Assembly: GCF_036321535.1 (NCBI RefSeq)
Contig: NC_087436.1
Location: forward strand, 63,800,001-63,864,000
Length of the DNA: 64,000 nucleotides
From: Camelus dromedarius
Taxonomy: Eukaryota
Reading direction: 5' to 3'
The translations under genes were made by a program, and so were the position numbers. Each line of letters starts with the position of its first letter. Positions within the stretch are counted from its first letter, which is position 1. The notes below the pieces were generated by a model. It was not told the origin of the DNA and made no database searches. It saw only the letters and a list, made by a program, of their open reading frames with translations. This document shows, one piece after another, positions 1 through 12,600 of this stretch.

Positions 1-1149
1 GTTGGGTCCACAAGAAAATACTGGATGCCACAATAAGAAAGAGAAGTTTGTGATGACTGTCACTTCAAAGCCAAGACAAGACCTAGAGACATACCCAGAG
101 TGGGTGCTCAGTATTTCTGTTCCGAAATACTGTGATATTTACATTGTACATTTCCCCCAAAATCCTCATTTGTTATTTCATAGACTTTTTGAAATTTTTT
201 TCTGAAACATAGAGGCAGATGATCTGTCTAGATTGTCTTGGCGTCCCCTATTAATTAGCAAAAGACACATCACCTAATCACTTGATCAATTACCAATTAT
301 ATGGTAATTGAAAAATTAGGTAAAATAAATTTAATTGAGAACACTAACACATAGAGAAATAGTTCTGTCCCAAGTTACACTGTTAACAAAAGAATTTAAA
401 AGGCAGCAGGTGATTCTAGAAGTGCAGGCACTGAACCTTTTTCTCCACTAGGATATATTTCCAAGATAAGTTATTTATCTGCAGGGAAGGGGAGGGGTGT
501 TGGGGGAGGAGGTGGAGAGCACGAACTCAGCGCCTAGCATCTTAAAAAATATGTATGTCTTGTGTCAAAATTTAAGCAATGCAAAAGACTGTTGTCAGCC
601 TACAAAGTTCACAGCAGAACGCTTTTTGTGCTGTTGTTCTATCTCCTGCTGAAATAAGAGTCCTCACCAAGGAAATAACTTGTTTAGGGATTTGCTGTTA
701 GTTGATCAATCAGCCCCCAGACTGGCTGATCATGGATCTGTCTAATTGCAAAGCAGTCTTTTTGACTCTTCACTAAACTGAATTGCTGCAGCTCTATTTA
801 CATATGCACTATAGTATCCTTGCTGTCTCCTCTTGTTGCCCATTGCAGGATTGTCAAATTGATTAGAAAGTTGAGGCACTAAAGAATTACTCTTTCGATT
901 ACTTTTTGAAGACACAGCTGTCATGGGAGCATTAGAGAATATACTATTTTATAACTTGTCTATTCTCTTCATATTGTGACTTCTCATCCACAAAAAATAA
1001 AGCTACTTACTCTTTTCCTTGGTCAAATTATACCTTCAACTATTACTGGTTGACACATAAAATTGACATTTTAAGGGTCAAAATATAGTTCAATCTAATA
1101 TATTTATCTATGTCTGATGACTCAATACTGAATCACTTCATATGTATCA

Positions 1150-2270
1150 TACTCTAAGGGTTAAGAGCATAGATTCTGAAATTAGATTGCCTTTGTTCAA
1201 ATTCCAGGTCCCCTACCTATCCAGTGACTTTGAGCAAATTACTTGATAGTTGATTTTTCTCTGTATCAGTTTCTTCAGTTTTAAAGTGAGAATAATAATG
1301 GTCATTACTTCATAGAATTATTTAGATAACAAATGAGTTAACATTTGTAAAGCAATTAGAACATTGTCTAGACTAAAATTATTTGTTTTAAAAAAAAAGT
1401 GTGCGGGGAGGGGTACTAACCCTATTTGATAGACTAATTAAATATCTGACCCTAAATTAATCCGTTCATTCATTGAATCTATATTAACACTCTACATTCT
1501 GGATGCCATGGCTACTGAAAGGATTTTGCAGACGAGTAGTCAGGATATGTGTTTTTTTAAAAATTAATTTTACAAAAAATGAGACAGAAGCACAGGGAAA
1601 AAAAAGTAATCTGGCAATTCAAAAAGGCACATCTTTAATGACAAGCACTGAAATTCAGGACCTTTCTATTACTACAATCACCAGAATATCTGCCTGTCTA
1701 TATTTAGGACAATCTAAATGATTATTTAAACAATGCAGAAATTTGAGAAAAATTGAGCCTCCTGGAAAAGGCTATTTTTGTAAATCATCTCACTACCTGA
1801 GGGTAGAGTCAATGATTAGGAGATAATCTGGTGGCATCCAAACTGTGCTGCTACAGCTTTAGTTTTTTATCTATTCTGTTTTCTGAAAAGAAAGTAATGA
1901 ATTTGAGATCTGCTGGAGAAAAAAAAAAAGATAAGAGTGCTAAACCAGTAGCCATAGCAGCAGTATACGGCATTGTTTAAAAGCAGGGATTCTAAAGTTT
2001 GACTTCCTGGGTTCAAGACTGTTTTGCCACTCTCATGCTCTGTGACTTTGAGCAAGTAATTTTACTTCGCTGTGTAGGTTTTCTCTAACTGTTAAATAAT
2101 GATAATAAGTTTCTTTTTGTTTGGTTGCAAAACAGTATGGTGCATGATATAAAAGAGGTGTTCCATAAATGATAAATAAACAACATAGCATTGTTACTAA
2201 GAGCAAAGCCTCTGAAATAAGATCGCCTGGATTTGAATCCTGGCTTCTGCAATTACAGGATGTGAAAAGT
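1150..2270. mobile_element. Cluster of MIR SINE fragments (about 1150-1380, 1960-2180, 2190-2270)
   Basis: MIR core phrases ggttcaa...tgtgactttgagcaagt and ctggatttgaatcctggct. Confidence 0.7.
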
Positions 2271-2419
2271 TACATATATTCCTATAATTATCAATCAAAA
2301 AGAGATTTTTTTTAATCTACATATTTATAAACATTACGGTAAGGACAGAGTGAGAATTTCTATTTACCTTGAAAGGATCATTCTGCTCAAATTCATTAAA
2401 CTACTAAAAATGATCCCAT

Positions 2420-3820
2420 ATTTAGTAGCTTAAAACAATAGGCAAGCTTCTGGAAGTCCATGAGGTCTGGAAATATTGCTGAGAGCATTTCTTAGAAACC
2501 ATAATCTACCACTGTCTATTCTCTGGTCATAATAATTCATATTTGTCTCATGTGCAAAATGCAATCACCCCTTTCTCAACATCCTACAGAGTCTTATTAT
2601 GGCATTCATTTCAGGATTGAGGTACAGGATCTTCTGAAACAGTTTCAACTATAAGTGAAGCTCCTCAGGTACAATTTGTCTAGTGTAACTTCTAGAGAAT
2701 ATTTCCTGTTGATCTGAAGACCTGTAAACTAAACAGACAAACTACAACCCTAACATACTATGGTAAGACAAGCTAGAGATCCTTTAGTCTAATGGGTGGA
2801 AAATTTAAGGCACTAAGAAATCACAGGTCCATAGAAATTCTAAATTCCAGCTGGACACACGCTGACAGTAATGATAATCTACAGCTCTTGGCATTGCCTT
2901 CTGGGCTTTTGGTAGCTTCCTCTAAATTACTCTTCATTTGCCATAAAAAGTTGTTGGTGTTTGCAGATGAATGATTCTTCCAGCCTGCTTCCTATCTATA
3001 GAAGTTTGAGGATCCAAAGGTGTCTTCATTTGACACTACCTCTGTGTCCTTTAGTTCAAGCTGGCAGTGTTTCCACCAATATTATTCTCTTACAGCATCT
3101 ATAGATTTCTAGTAAATCCTATTATAATTTAATTCATTAGATAAAATCTATACCCATAAATCTCCTTGAAACAAGACGTTATGTATTGTGGATATTCTAT
3201 AAAATTATTTAAGGACAATGCCCCTTACAGTCTTAGAAGCCTTATTTTTTAACAGACAGAATATATGAGACACTAAAAAGAAATATTGTTTCATCGAAGT
3301 ACTACCTCAAATCCTTCTGAATTCTTAACAAGAGGATATATAGTTACATTCTTGTCCTCATCTACAGACCATGTTTTTATGACAATACACTGATACAATG
3401 TTTGTCTGGAAGTGATTTCTTAAATTTAGTATTGTTTCCATCTGGGAATGGGGAACAAATCTATTTTCAAGCCTAACAAGTACTTGCTGATTTGTACTTG
3501 CTGATTTGTACTTGCTAGTTCTTTCTTATCTTATAGTTTTCCTCTTTAATTTTATAATACTCAACAGGAAAATGCCTGGAAGCACCTTCATCACTCTACC
3601 TGAAATCTCCTTAGCTAGGTTATCAGTTCATTAGTCATATTTTCTATTTTCCACATTACTGTAGGCAATTGTGAAACTTTGTACCACTACACAAGTTTTC
3701 TCTAGTCTCCAGCTTCCAATAACATCTCATTCACTTTTCTTTAAGCAACCATCAACAGCCAACTCATACACCATTGGGCTTTTTCTTTTGTTCTTCCAGC
3801 TGTTTCCTACCCCACAGTCT
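2420..3820. mobile_element. MaLR (MLT1 / MLT1-int-like) remnant
   Basis: gcttaaaacaata start followed by degenerate MaLR-internal-like sequence; subfamily not determined. Confidence 0.4.
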
Positions 3821-3924
3821 ATGTGTACATATATATATTTATATACACACACACACACACAAATATATGTATATATGTGTGTGCGTGTGTGTGTGTGTGT
3901 GTATACACACATATATATTCTGGC

Positions 3925-4388
3925 TGTCTAATTAACCATTATTTGTTATTTTCTGTATTTTCATGCTTTGATGTATGGGGCCTTGCTGTCCCTAGAGGAA
4001 ATGCCCCTCCCAGGACTAGCTAATTCCTACAGGTACTAAACAACTCACCCTTGAGTGTAACTTTCAAAAAAAAACCCAAAGCAATCTAGAGCCCACACAA
4101 CAACAACTCTGCTCCAGAGCCCACCACAATTATTCAAACTAGTCTATCTTAAGCCTGCTAACTCTGTCCATTCCTTCCTGTGGAACCACAGTAAGGTCTC
4201 TTGTCCACACTTCTCTTTGCTTCCTCTACCTCCCAATAGACCATGGTGTTTCCCCATGGGACTTTCTGTGGCTTGGAATGCCACCTCCTCTTGGGAACTG
4301 TGCACACAACAATCTTTTAATTGGCAGTCCTCTTCTGATCTTTTGGTCTTGCCATAGCTAAATGTTAATAAAACTTATACTTAAAAAT
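3925..4388 (+). mobile_element. MER74-like ERVL solo LTR
   Basis: atgctttgatgtatggggccttgctg...gcccctcccaggactagctaattcc...ctcctcttgggaactgtg...aataaaac resembles the recalled MER74 consensus. Confidence 0.65.
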
Positions 4389-4478
4389 ATAGTTGCATAA
4401 CAATTTATACCAAATAGTAGTAGATTAAAACAACACATTAACTTGGCTCACAAAACATTTAGCAGGGCCCACTAGTGT

Positions 4479-6001
4479 ATTCTGTATGAATACATTGTTT
4501 AGTTTCAATAATGAATGTTACAAATATCTATTTGACTCATAAATTTAGCTTATAAGTTAGCGGAAAATGAAATAAAATTTAAAATAATTATTTTCTGTTA
4601 TTATTCCTATACTCAAATCTGCAAAGAAGCAATGTAATGCATAATTGATAAATTATTTTTTGAATGAATAAAAACAACTAAAAAGTCTTGAAATCATTAT
4701 AAGAACTTGGATTTAAGCAGCATTTCTGGGAGAGCATGTCGTGGCAGAATAGTGAAGAAGATATTTCTGAGAAATAAAATGACCCACATGGGTCACAATT
4801 TGAGAATAAAGCTAAACTAAAGTGCATTTTTTTCATCTCCCTATGCTGGTAATTCTACAAAATAAGCCAAGTAAAATGTTTGATATTCACTATCAAAAGT
4901 AATAACATCTCTAAGAATCAGGTATCTGGAATATTGTTAAAATTTGTTACAGCAAATTATTTTGGTTCATGACACACTTCTCCTGAAACTACCTTGTGTA
5001 GTTAATGTTTCAATTCTGAATGTTTAATCCACAACTTTTCTCCTCTACAAATATGTTATTTCATTTGTATAGACTGGAAAAACTGTCTCTTTGTCATCTA
5101 TACCCATATTAGAAGCTAGATTTTTTTTTAAATTTTTACCTAATCCTTCTAATTATGAAATTATTTTTGTACTTTATTTTTTAACCACAAATTCACAAAT
5201 ACTAATTTATTATCTAACATTCTCAAAAATGGAATTCAACTCAATGGTGTCTTTCTGAGAATTAAAGTTTTCCTCTCAAGTGTCTTTCCATTAATTAACT
5301 CAACAGGTGAAAACAAACAGAGTATAGTGTTTTTCCTTAGAATTTGGTATGTAGGCTCATATAGATTATCATCTTTTTTTCTTGATTCTGAATTCACATT
5401 TATCTTTCCAAAGGCTGTGATGTATAGACGTCTGATTTCCAAAGTAAGGTTTGATGTTGTATATTTTAAATTAAATTGAGTAATTTTTCCTGATGTGGTT
5501 GGGAATTTTACTCCATCTCTTGAAATAATCAAACATTCCCTGGGGATGTTGCAACAGCAACCAATTAACCATTCATAGAATTACTGTTCAAATAAAATTT
5601 TAATTAGTTTCTGTCTCTTCCTGTCTTAAGTGGTTGCTGGTGTTACCATCAGAATTGTCTAGCAGATTCTGAGATTTTTATTTTTCTTATATATTCAAGA
5701 AGAAACATCTGGGGAAAAGCAGTGCTCTGATTAGGCAGAAGATACATATTTTTTTCCTTGAGAATTCTATACGAATACATTGTTTAATTTCAATAATGAA
5801 TGTTACAAATATCTATTTCACTCATAAATTTAGCTTATAAATTAGCAGAAAATGAAATAAAATTTAAAATAATTATTTTGTTATTATTCCTATACTCAAA
5901 CCTGCAAAAACAGCAATGTGATGCATAATTGATAAATTATTTTTTGAATGAATAAAAACAACTAAAAAGTCTTGAAATCATTGTAAGAACTTGGATTTAA
6001 G
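4479..6001 (+). repeat. About 240-bp direct repeat pair (4479-4717 and 5764-6001)
   Basis: Near-identical copies from attct[g/a]ta[t/c]gaatacattg to aagaacttggatttaag, with scattered substitutions and small indels. Confidence 0.95.
5173..5708 (-). pseudogene. Putative terminal exon with polyadenylation signals
   Basis: Branch-point-like CTAAT plus ctgcttttccccAG acceptor at 5709-5710; AATAAA on the minus strand at 5206-5211 and 5173-5178. Confidence 0.5.
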
Positions 6002-6619
6002 GCTATCTACATACAATTTCTTTAATATGATAAAATTGGTCATTGTTAACTGGTTACTGGAATTTCCTGGTGGTTATATGAAGCACTGAATTGTTATATT
6101 TTGAAGTTTACACTGAAGAAGAAAAAAAAAGTTTTCATAAACAATAGAAATCGTTCATTTAATTTGTAAAATAATAATAACGTAGGCAGAACATGGAATA
6201 CTGAACTTTCATGTCTGGGGAGTAGATTGAAGCGGAACAAATGATATACTTACTACAGGTCATATTCAAGATCTCAGCACTACGTGAGCTCCACAGAAGT
6301 TAAGGAGTGCAAATCATGATAGTTGTGCAGCACATGATAAGTTAATTTATCATGTCAACAGGAGAACATTACTTCCTTTTATGTAGGATCAGCTTTCTTT
6401 CAGGCAATTCAGGGCAGAGCAACTGATAAATCAGGATGAGTTCAGGTACTGCTTTGAGCCAAGTATTTACATTTTTATTTGAGATGGGGTCAAATGTAGC
6501 TAATATATTTTAAAAGAAAAATCTCATTTCTGGGTACTTGGAAAAATAATAGTTCCCTGTTCATTTTGGTTCTAGAATGGCCATTACTCTATATTTTGAA
6601 TCACAAGGTAAAGAAACAT

Positions 6620-6904
6620 AATTAATGATAATAATTTCAAAATTTTCTCTGACTCTTTTCTTGACACCCTTCCTTTTCTTGGTTTTCTTGAAACAACACT
6701 TCCCTATTACTGGATCTGTGGTAGCAAGGGCCTGTCCTCTCTCTGCTGCCTTTCTTTTTCTACACTGACTCTCCCTTGGCTCACTTATTTTCAAATCCTC
6801 AAATGGAGGACATCCTTCTCTTACACTGACATCAGTGAAATGGAGAGCATTCAGGGAGGTACAAATAAGCTATGGCAATCAGATATTACCGCCTTGCAAG
6901 CAGC
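6620..6904 (-). pseudogene. Exon-like segment, putative cytoplasmic tail
   Basis: Strong acceptor tcttcgggttttctctgtAG at 6905-6906, followed by I*LP*LICTSLNA and a K/R-rich frame. The 3' end is uncertain. Confidence 0.35.
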
Positions 6905-8199
6905 CTACAGAGAAAACCCGAAGATACTAAACTTAGCAAAAGACTCACAAAATCCAACTAGCTTACTAAATCTCATAATTATGTCAAACCAAACACTCTT
7001 CAGACCCCAAATTAACATCAATCTAGAACTTAAGTCGCTTTATATTATAGACTCATAGAACAAATAATGTTTAGAGTAAAAGAGAAATTATTTCCTAAAT
7101 TATTCATAAGGAATCTACAAAAACTAAAAGCATGGATATAAAATTGAAAATATTCAACTCATACATAACCATACTGGTAGCCTACAGCTGAAGGAATTGG
7201 AAAGAAACCAAAATCTTAACACAAGAGACTTGATGGCTTTGAAAACAAGTGCAATGGAAGATATTCTACTGGAATGAAACCAATTTACTCCACCAGATAA
7301 TCTAAGGAAATAACCACTGAGAACTGTCTCTACTAAAACTAGCAATAAGCACAAACTTATTTAAGCCAACTATTCCAGATGTCCACCCATGGGCACAAAA
7401 CCAAAAATCAGATGGTGTGACCTGAGTACCAAAGAAAAAAACCTTAAAAAGCACCACAAACAGAAAAAAAAGGGCAGTTGATCTTAATGCCATACAACAG
7501 ATGGCAAGAAATGTAGAAACAATTATTTTTCATACCTTGTGCCAAGATTGGAGAGGAAAAGAAGCAATAAACATTCTCATTTGTGGTAAGAAAGTATAAT
7601 GTTGTCAAATCTAGAATATTCTGCAGTCTTTTTCAAAATAATTAAAACCCTGAGACGTAAATATTTATTTTAAACCAGAACATACATTTTAATTGAGCAA
7701 AATTATTTACAATGAGTTGCATTTCTCTGCCTATGATCAATGTATATATAGGGTTTGATGCTGCTCTCAAAAAACTATCTCTTAAGTAACAACACAGGGA
7801 AAGGAAGAATGTATGGAATTTACTCTGTCATAGGATAAATGATGGAATTTTTTATTTAACATTTTACTGTTTTACTTCCTAATTGTCATGATTTATTTAG
7901 CACCAATTATGAAGAGCTGAGTACAAAGATTTATGTGTTTTTCTTATTGTTCACTGCAGGTGAGCAATGGTATAACACAGGTTAAGATGCAAGACTACAG
8001 TGGACCAGTTTAACACCATCTTAGCGTCATTTGGTAATATGAATTGACAGTAACATATAATTTATTCTTAATGACCTAGATATGAAGAATCCATGGAATC
8101 ATTTAATAATGCCTGCCCACCAGTACTTTGGCACTCAAGATAATAGCTTCCAGTAATCTGAGGGCATGTATACAGAGAAGATAAACCAATGGTGATATT

Positions 8200-8332
8200 A
8201 CTCAAGAAAATGCAAATGAAGAATATATGTATAGAACAAGTATACAAAGACATAATACATAGTAGAGCAAAACAGCAAAGCCTTTGATTTATCTGTTGAT
8301 TTGATTATGTGCCATTGCTTTGCAATGTGTTT
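8200..8332 (-). pseudogene. Exon remnant, putative transmembrane segment
   Basis: With a 1-nt frameshift it reads STDKSKALLF/ALLCIMSLYTCSIHIFFICIFLS, a hydrophobic stretch comparable to recalled [26 protein letters not shown]. Confidence 0.45.
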
Positions 8333-9621
8333 CTAATTAGTGTGGAATAGTAACAGACACAATACACAGAATGTCATATACGTTGCACATGTAATCTTTA
8401 TGCTCATAACAATTTCTTTCTAAAAGAGTACTTATGCTTATTGAGGTTACATAAATTGATCAAAGTAACACAACTAATAAGGCACAAGACAGAAATAAAA
8501 AATTATTCATGTATTTTATTAGTCCAAGGAAAACTCAAGAAAATATAAGGAACTGTCTATGTACCAACTCTGAAATAACAAATAAGACATGTTCATTTTA
8601 TCTGCAACAGTATGTTGTTGGAAATCATTAAGACATCCATTGCGAATCTTTAAAAATTCTCCCCAAATATTATACCAGGTATCAATATCAATGGTTTGTT
8701 AGGATATACACGGTTTTGAAATTGAGTTTTGTCCTTGAAGACTTAATTAGGCCAGATGGTTAATTCAAATGGATGAACTTCTAAGCTGAAAGACAACCAA
8801 TGTTTTTATTTTCAAAAGTATCTCTCACACAAAATAAACTAACAGCAATGCCGCAGGAATTACAGACTATAGGAGCACTGTAGGCGTAAACAAATGGCTT
8901 ACAAGGAATTTGAAGCTATAATATTTTGCTTTTTCAGTATGTCTACTTCATATTTTGACAGCTTAAATAGCTTTGCAACTGCAAATTAAAATGCTCTATG
9001 TTACCAGGCAGGTAATATAAACACGTGACTAGGCTGATGTCTTACAATAGGGAGTGGTGGATATGTACATCCAGCCTAAATACTATTCAAGGTATTTTTA
9101 ACCATTATTCTTAACAGGAAGCACCAATAATATTAATAATAAGATATATATCAATACATATATTACACATTCTATAGGTATTAACCTCATTTTATAGATA
9201 TAGTAATTAACTGAATAATACAGTAATTAATAACTGAATCAATCCACTCATTCATCAAATTTATACTGAAGTTTTACATTCTGAATACCATGGTTCTTAA
9301 AAACACATCTAGATAGATGATTATGCTTTACATGAAGCTACCACAAAAAATTTGAGGATCTAAATATTTTATGAAAACTTTATTGAGTATCATTTGGGAT
9401 TTAAGATACTATGCTTTCACTATGTACTTCGTATTTGGTATAATGGCATAAACATCATAAGCCCCACGGGATGCTTGATAACTAATTTAAACATTTAATT
9501 GGTCTTCCACTATGGTGCTATGCTAAGGATCAGTATCACACTTCCATGGATCCCTATGATTTACTAATAATAAAGTGATCATGTTACCATATACACTCTA
9601 AAATATAACGTGTAGGAAGCT

Positions 9622-9659
9622 GCCCGGCTAGCTCAGTCAGTAGAGCATGAGACTCTTAA
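9622..9659 (+). pseudogene. 5' half of tRNA-Lys(CUU); tailless retropseudogene
   Basis: gcccggctagctcagtcagtagagcatgagactcttaa matches the tRNA-Lys-CTT 5' half with one CpG-type change and ends in the anticodon loop. Flanked by TSD taaaatataac[g/a]tgta at 9599-9614 and 9657-9672; no poly(A). Confidence 0.9.
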
Positions 9660-12600
9660 AATATAACATGTACTATGAATTCAATGGTAATGACTTTGCT
9701 ATGGCAATGTGCAGGATATAACACAAAATGGTAAATAGAAAATTTTGAATGCTAAGGAGGAAGAGAATATGATAAACTGGTCTCATCCCAGTAGGTGCTA
9801 TTTTACTAAGTGTCGTAACTTGTAAAGAACTCAGTTCAGAATAGTCAGTATAAGGTTAGGAGGATGTGATCTCCTTGTGGATAGCTCTAACCAGTAATTG
9901 AAGCCTATTTCATTCTGTACCATCTGTAGACTCCATGTGGTCCTAGAACATAGAAAGCAGAATCAGACCTTTAAGTATGGATTAATAATGCTACTCCATG
10001 GTCTGTCATAATTTACTGCAGCTACAAATGTTATCGAGGAAAGCTGGTATTTAAAGTACCCATTCAAATAAAATACAAAGCCAACATTATAAAGAGTGAT
10101 ACTTCAGAAGTATTCATGCAATTTTCAGCATGTTAATGTCTACTTTCTAAGTTATTGGAATGTTTTCTCTGATGTGTTGATTGTGTGCTTTCATAAAGTA
10201 ATATTTCTTTTTGTTTCCTTCCCCACTATTCCTGTTTTCCTCCAGCATGGATGCCAGTCAGTGCAATCAAATTTGTCCATTTTACTATTTTTTGTCCCAA
10301 TTTCTGGTACCAAAATCTTCTGTATAAGAAAGGAGAATAGAAAAGGTGTCTGGGAAGTTTGGTTTTAATCCTCTATTTGGGAAAGCGCTCATCTATATCT
10401 TCATTGTGTCTTACAAAAATAATCAATTCTGTGATAAAACCCAGCACTTGTAACCCCTCATGTGTACCCAGAATGGAACAGCTCATAACTACAGAATTTT
10501 ACTTGGGAATTTGTAAGAAACAGTTGCTCCCACTTGAGCTATTCAGAGATGACTACAATTATTAGTCAGCTTATTGGACTCCAGAAGTTGCAATAATAAA
10601 AGCACATTCCACAACAACTTGGAAAGTGAAAATATCATGGATATTGTTTTGCTCCCCCTCCTTTTGAGCCCCTTGGGGATTTTTGGTCAAACATCCACTC
10701 CTGCCTAAACCATTCCTCCCACAGACAAATCACCTGGATAATTGAATGTTCATTCTGAAACACGCAAGAGGAAAAACAACCAAAAATAACACACAGTGAC
10801 TCAAAGTCATTAAAAGAAACATTTCTGATTTGGCTTCGTATTCACCACGCATACTTCTAAAGGCTTTGGATCTTGAGTCAAACTACACTGAGTAAGCATT
10901 TGTTCCTTTATTGTTATGGGTGTGTGTGGGTGAGGGTGTGTGTGGGTGGTGTAGTGTATGTGTGTTGAATAGGTACACTGAAAGGCAAGAAGTGAAACTT
11001 CTTTACCCTTTAAGTCTTGGCTAGCTAGTTATACAGGGAGACTTTATACTCCTGCCCCAAAGAGGCATAAATAACAACAGGCCTGATGAGAGAGAAGTAC
11101 ATAAGCCACCCTCTCATAGGCTGAATTCCTTTCTAATAAGGTCTTCTTAGTGATTTTCTTTTTCCTTTGGTCCAGGTGCAAGCTATTACTCTGTTTGTGA
11201 CAACAAACATGTGATCTTCGCCAGAATATTTACCAAGTACAGGTGGCCTTACAAAATAGGCTTTGGAATAGATATTAGAAAGCAGAAAAACAGTAGTCTG
11301 TCAAAGAGATTTGCCTCAAAATTGTTTTACTTACAATTACAATGTTCTGTCATTCAGAGATCATACCTTCTGCCTGAACTCATCTTCTTTACTATCAACA
11401 TTATTAATACATATTATTTTATCTTATCATTCAAAAATGCTCACCAAAGCCACTATCAACTGTTTTCATTACATTTATACAGATCAAAAAAGGGTTGCAA
11501 TGTAATCATATCTGAAATTTAGGCAGACTTAAATGATTAGCCTTTTTTCAAGCTTATTAATTGTGAATAGAGCTTTGTTTCCACAGAAATGATTTGGAGA
11601 AATCAATACAAAGAAGAAATAAATATCAGAAAAATGATTTGAAAATGGAGATCAGTGACCCATATCCCTATTTTTACATCCCTCTTTTTACCTTTTATTT
11701 TTCATTTTTGAACCACATCATAAATGCCACATATAACAAACTGCCTGACACTGTCCCTGGCAAATTGTTGTTGCATTATGGAAGTTCTCTGAATTCATGT
11801 GATTTTGCCCAAAACAGGTATTTTGCACATATACCCAACTTCAGTTTTTCTAAAAGATCCAAAAATTTTTTCCTTTTTGAAAAAATTAAGAAATGTGACT
11901 GCAAAAAAGGAGACAAAATATATGTCTTTGTGTTTTATAGCACTGAAAGACAATTATCTAGAGTTGAATGTATATTGTGCAACTTTGACCTATAAATTTT
12001 CTTAAATCTCCATAGTGTATTTTACAAAATGGTTATTTTTTTTGAAGTTACAGTTACAGTTACTAATGAAGTTACAGTTACTAATGAAAGTAGTTTTGAA
12101 GTCAGCACGGGTTAAGACACTTTGCTGTGTCTAAATCAATAGATTATATTACTAAAGATTGTCATGTCTAATAGTTTGTAAAACTATTTATAAAACAAAT
12201 GACAATGTAAGTTAGTCTTGGAGTTAAAAACTTTGTTTTAAATTATGTTTACATTCTACTTACGAGATTTGTTTTTAAGGATACCTCATTATCCTAAGAA
12301 AATCATGCAACCTTTCTTTTTAAGATTCCTTACCTTAAAAAGCTGCATTTGAGAAACTTTTCCAAAAATTACATTTTTCTTCAAACATAAAAAAATCAAT
12401 ACCCCAGAACTCTTGTTTATAAAATATTAAATAAGAATAATGCTTAGTGCCTTGTAGCAAGACTCAAACATAAATTTCCAAATCTTGTTAAATTAAATAA
12501 CCACTTTGTTTGGGTTTGACCTCCAAAAATAAATAATTTCTTTTTTTAAAGGTTGCCAGTATTGCTTAGTTCTAAAATGTGCTAGAAAAGGCTATTCACT

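Noticed and set aside
3480..3516. Short 14-bp tandem repeat (similar ones at about 12045-12090 and 45620-45685)
   Set aside because: Ordinary slippage duplications; there are no spacers, so not CRISPR-like.
7170..7500. A-rich plus-strand stretch that looks like coding residue
   Set aside because: Multiple stops and no family I can recognise; left unassigned.
9622..9659. Functional tRNA gene or tRNA-derived SINE
   Set aside because: Lacks the 3' half and B box, and has no SINE body or tail.
11594..11995. 133-aa plus-strand ORF
   Set aside because: Non-ATG start, low-complexity F/K/Y composition typical of AT-rich DNA, and no motifs.
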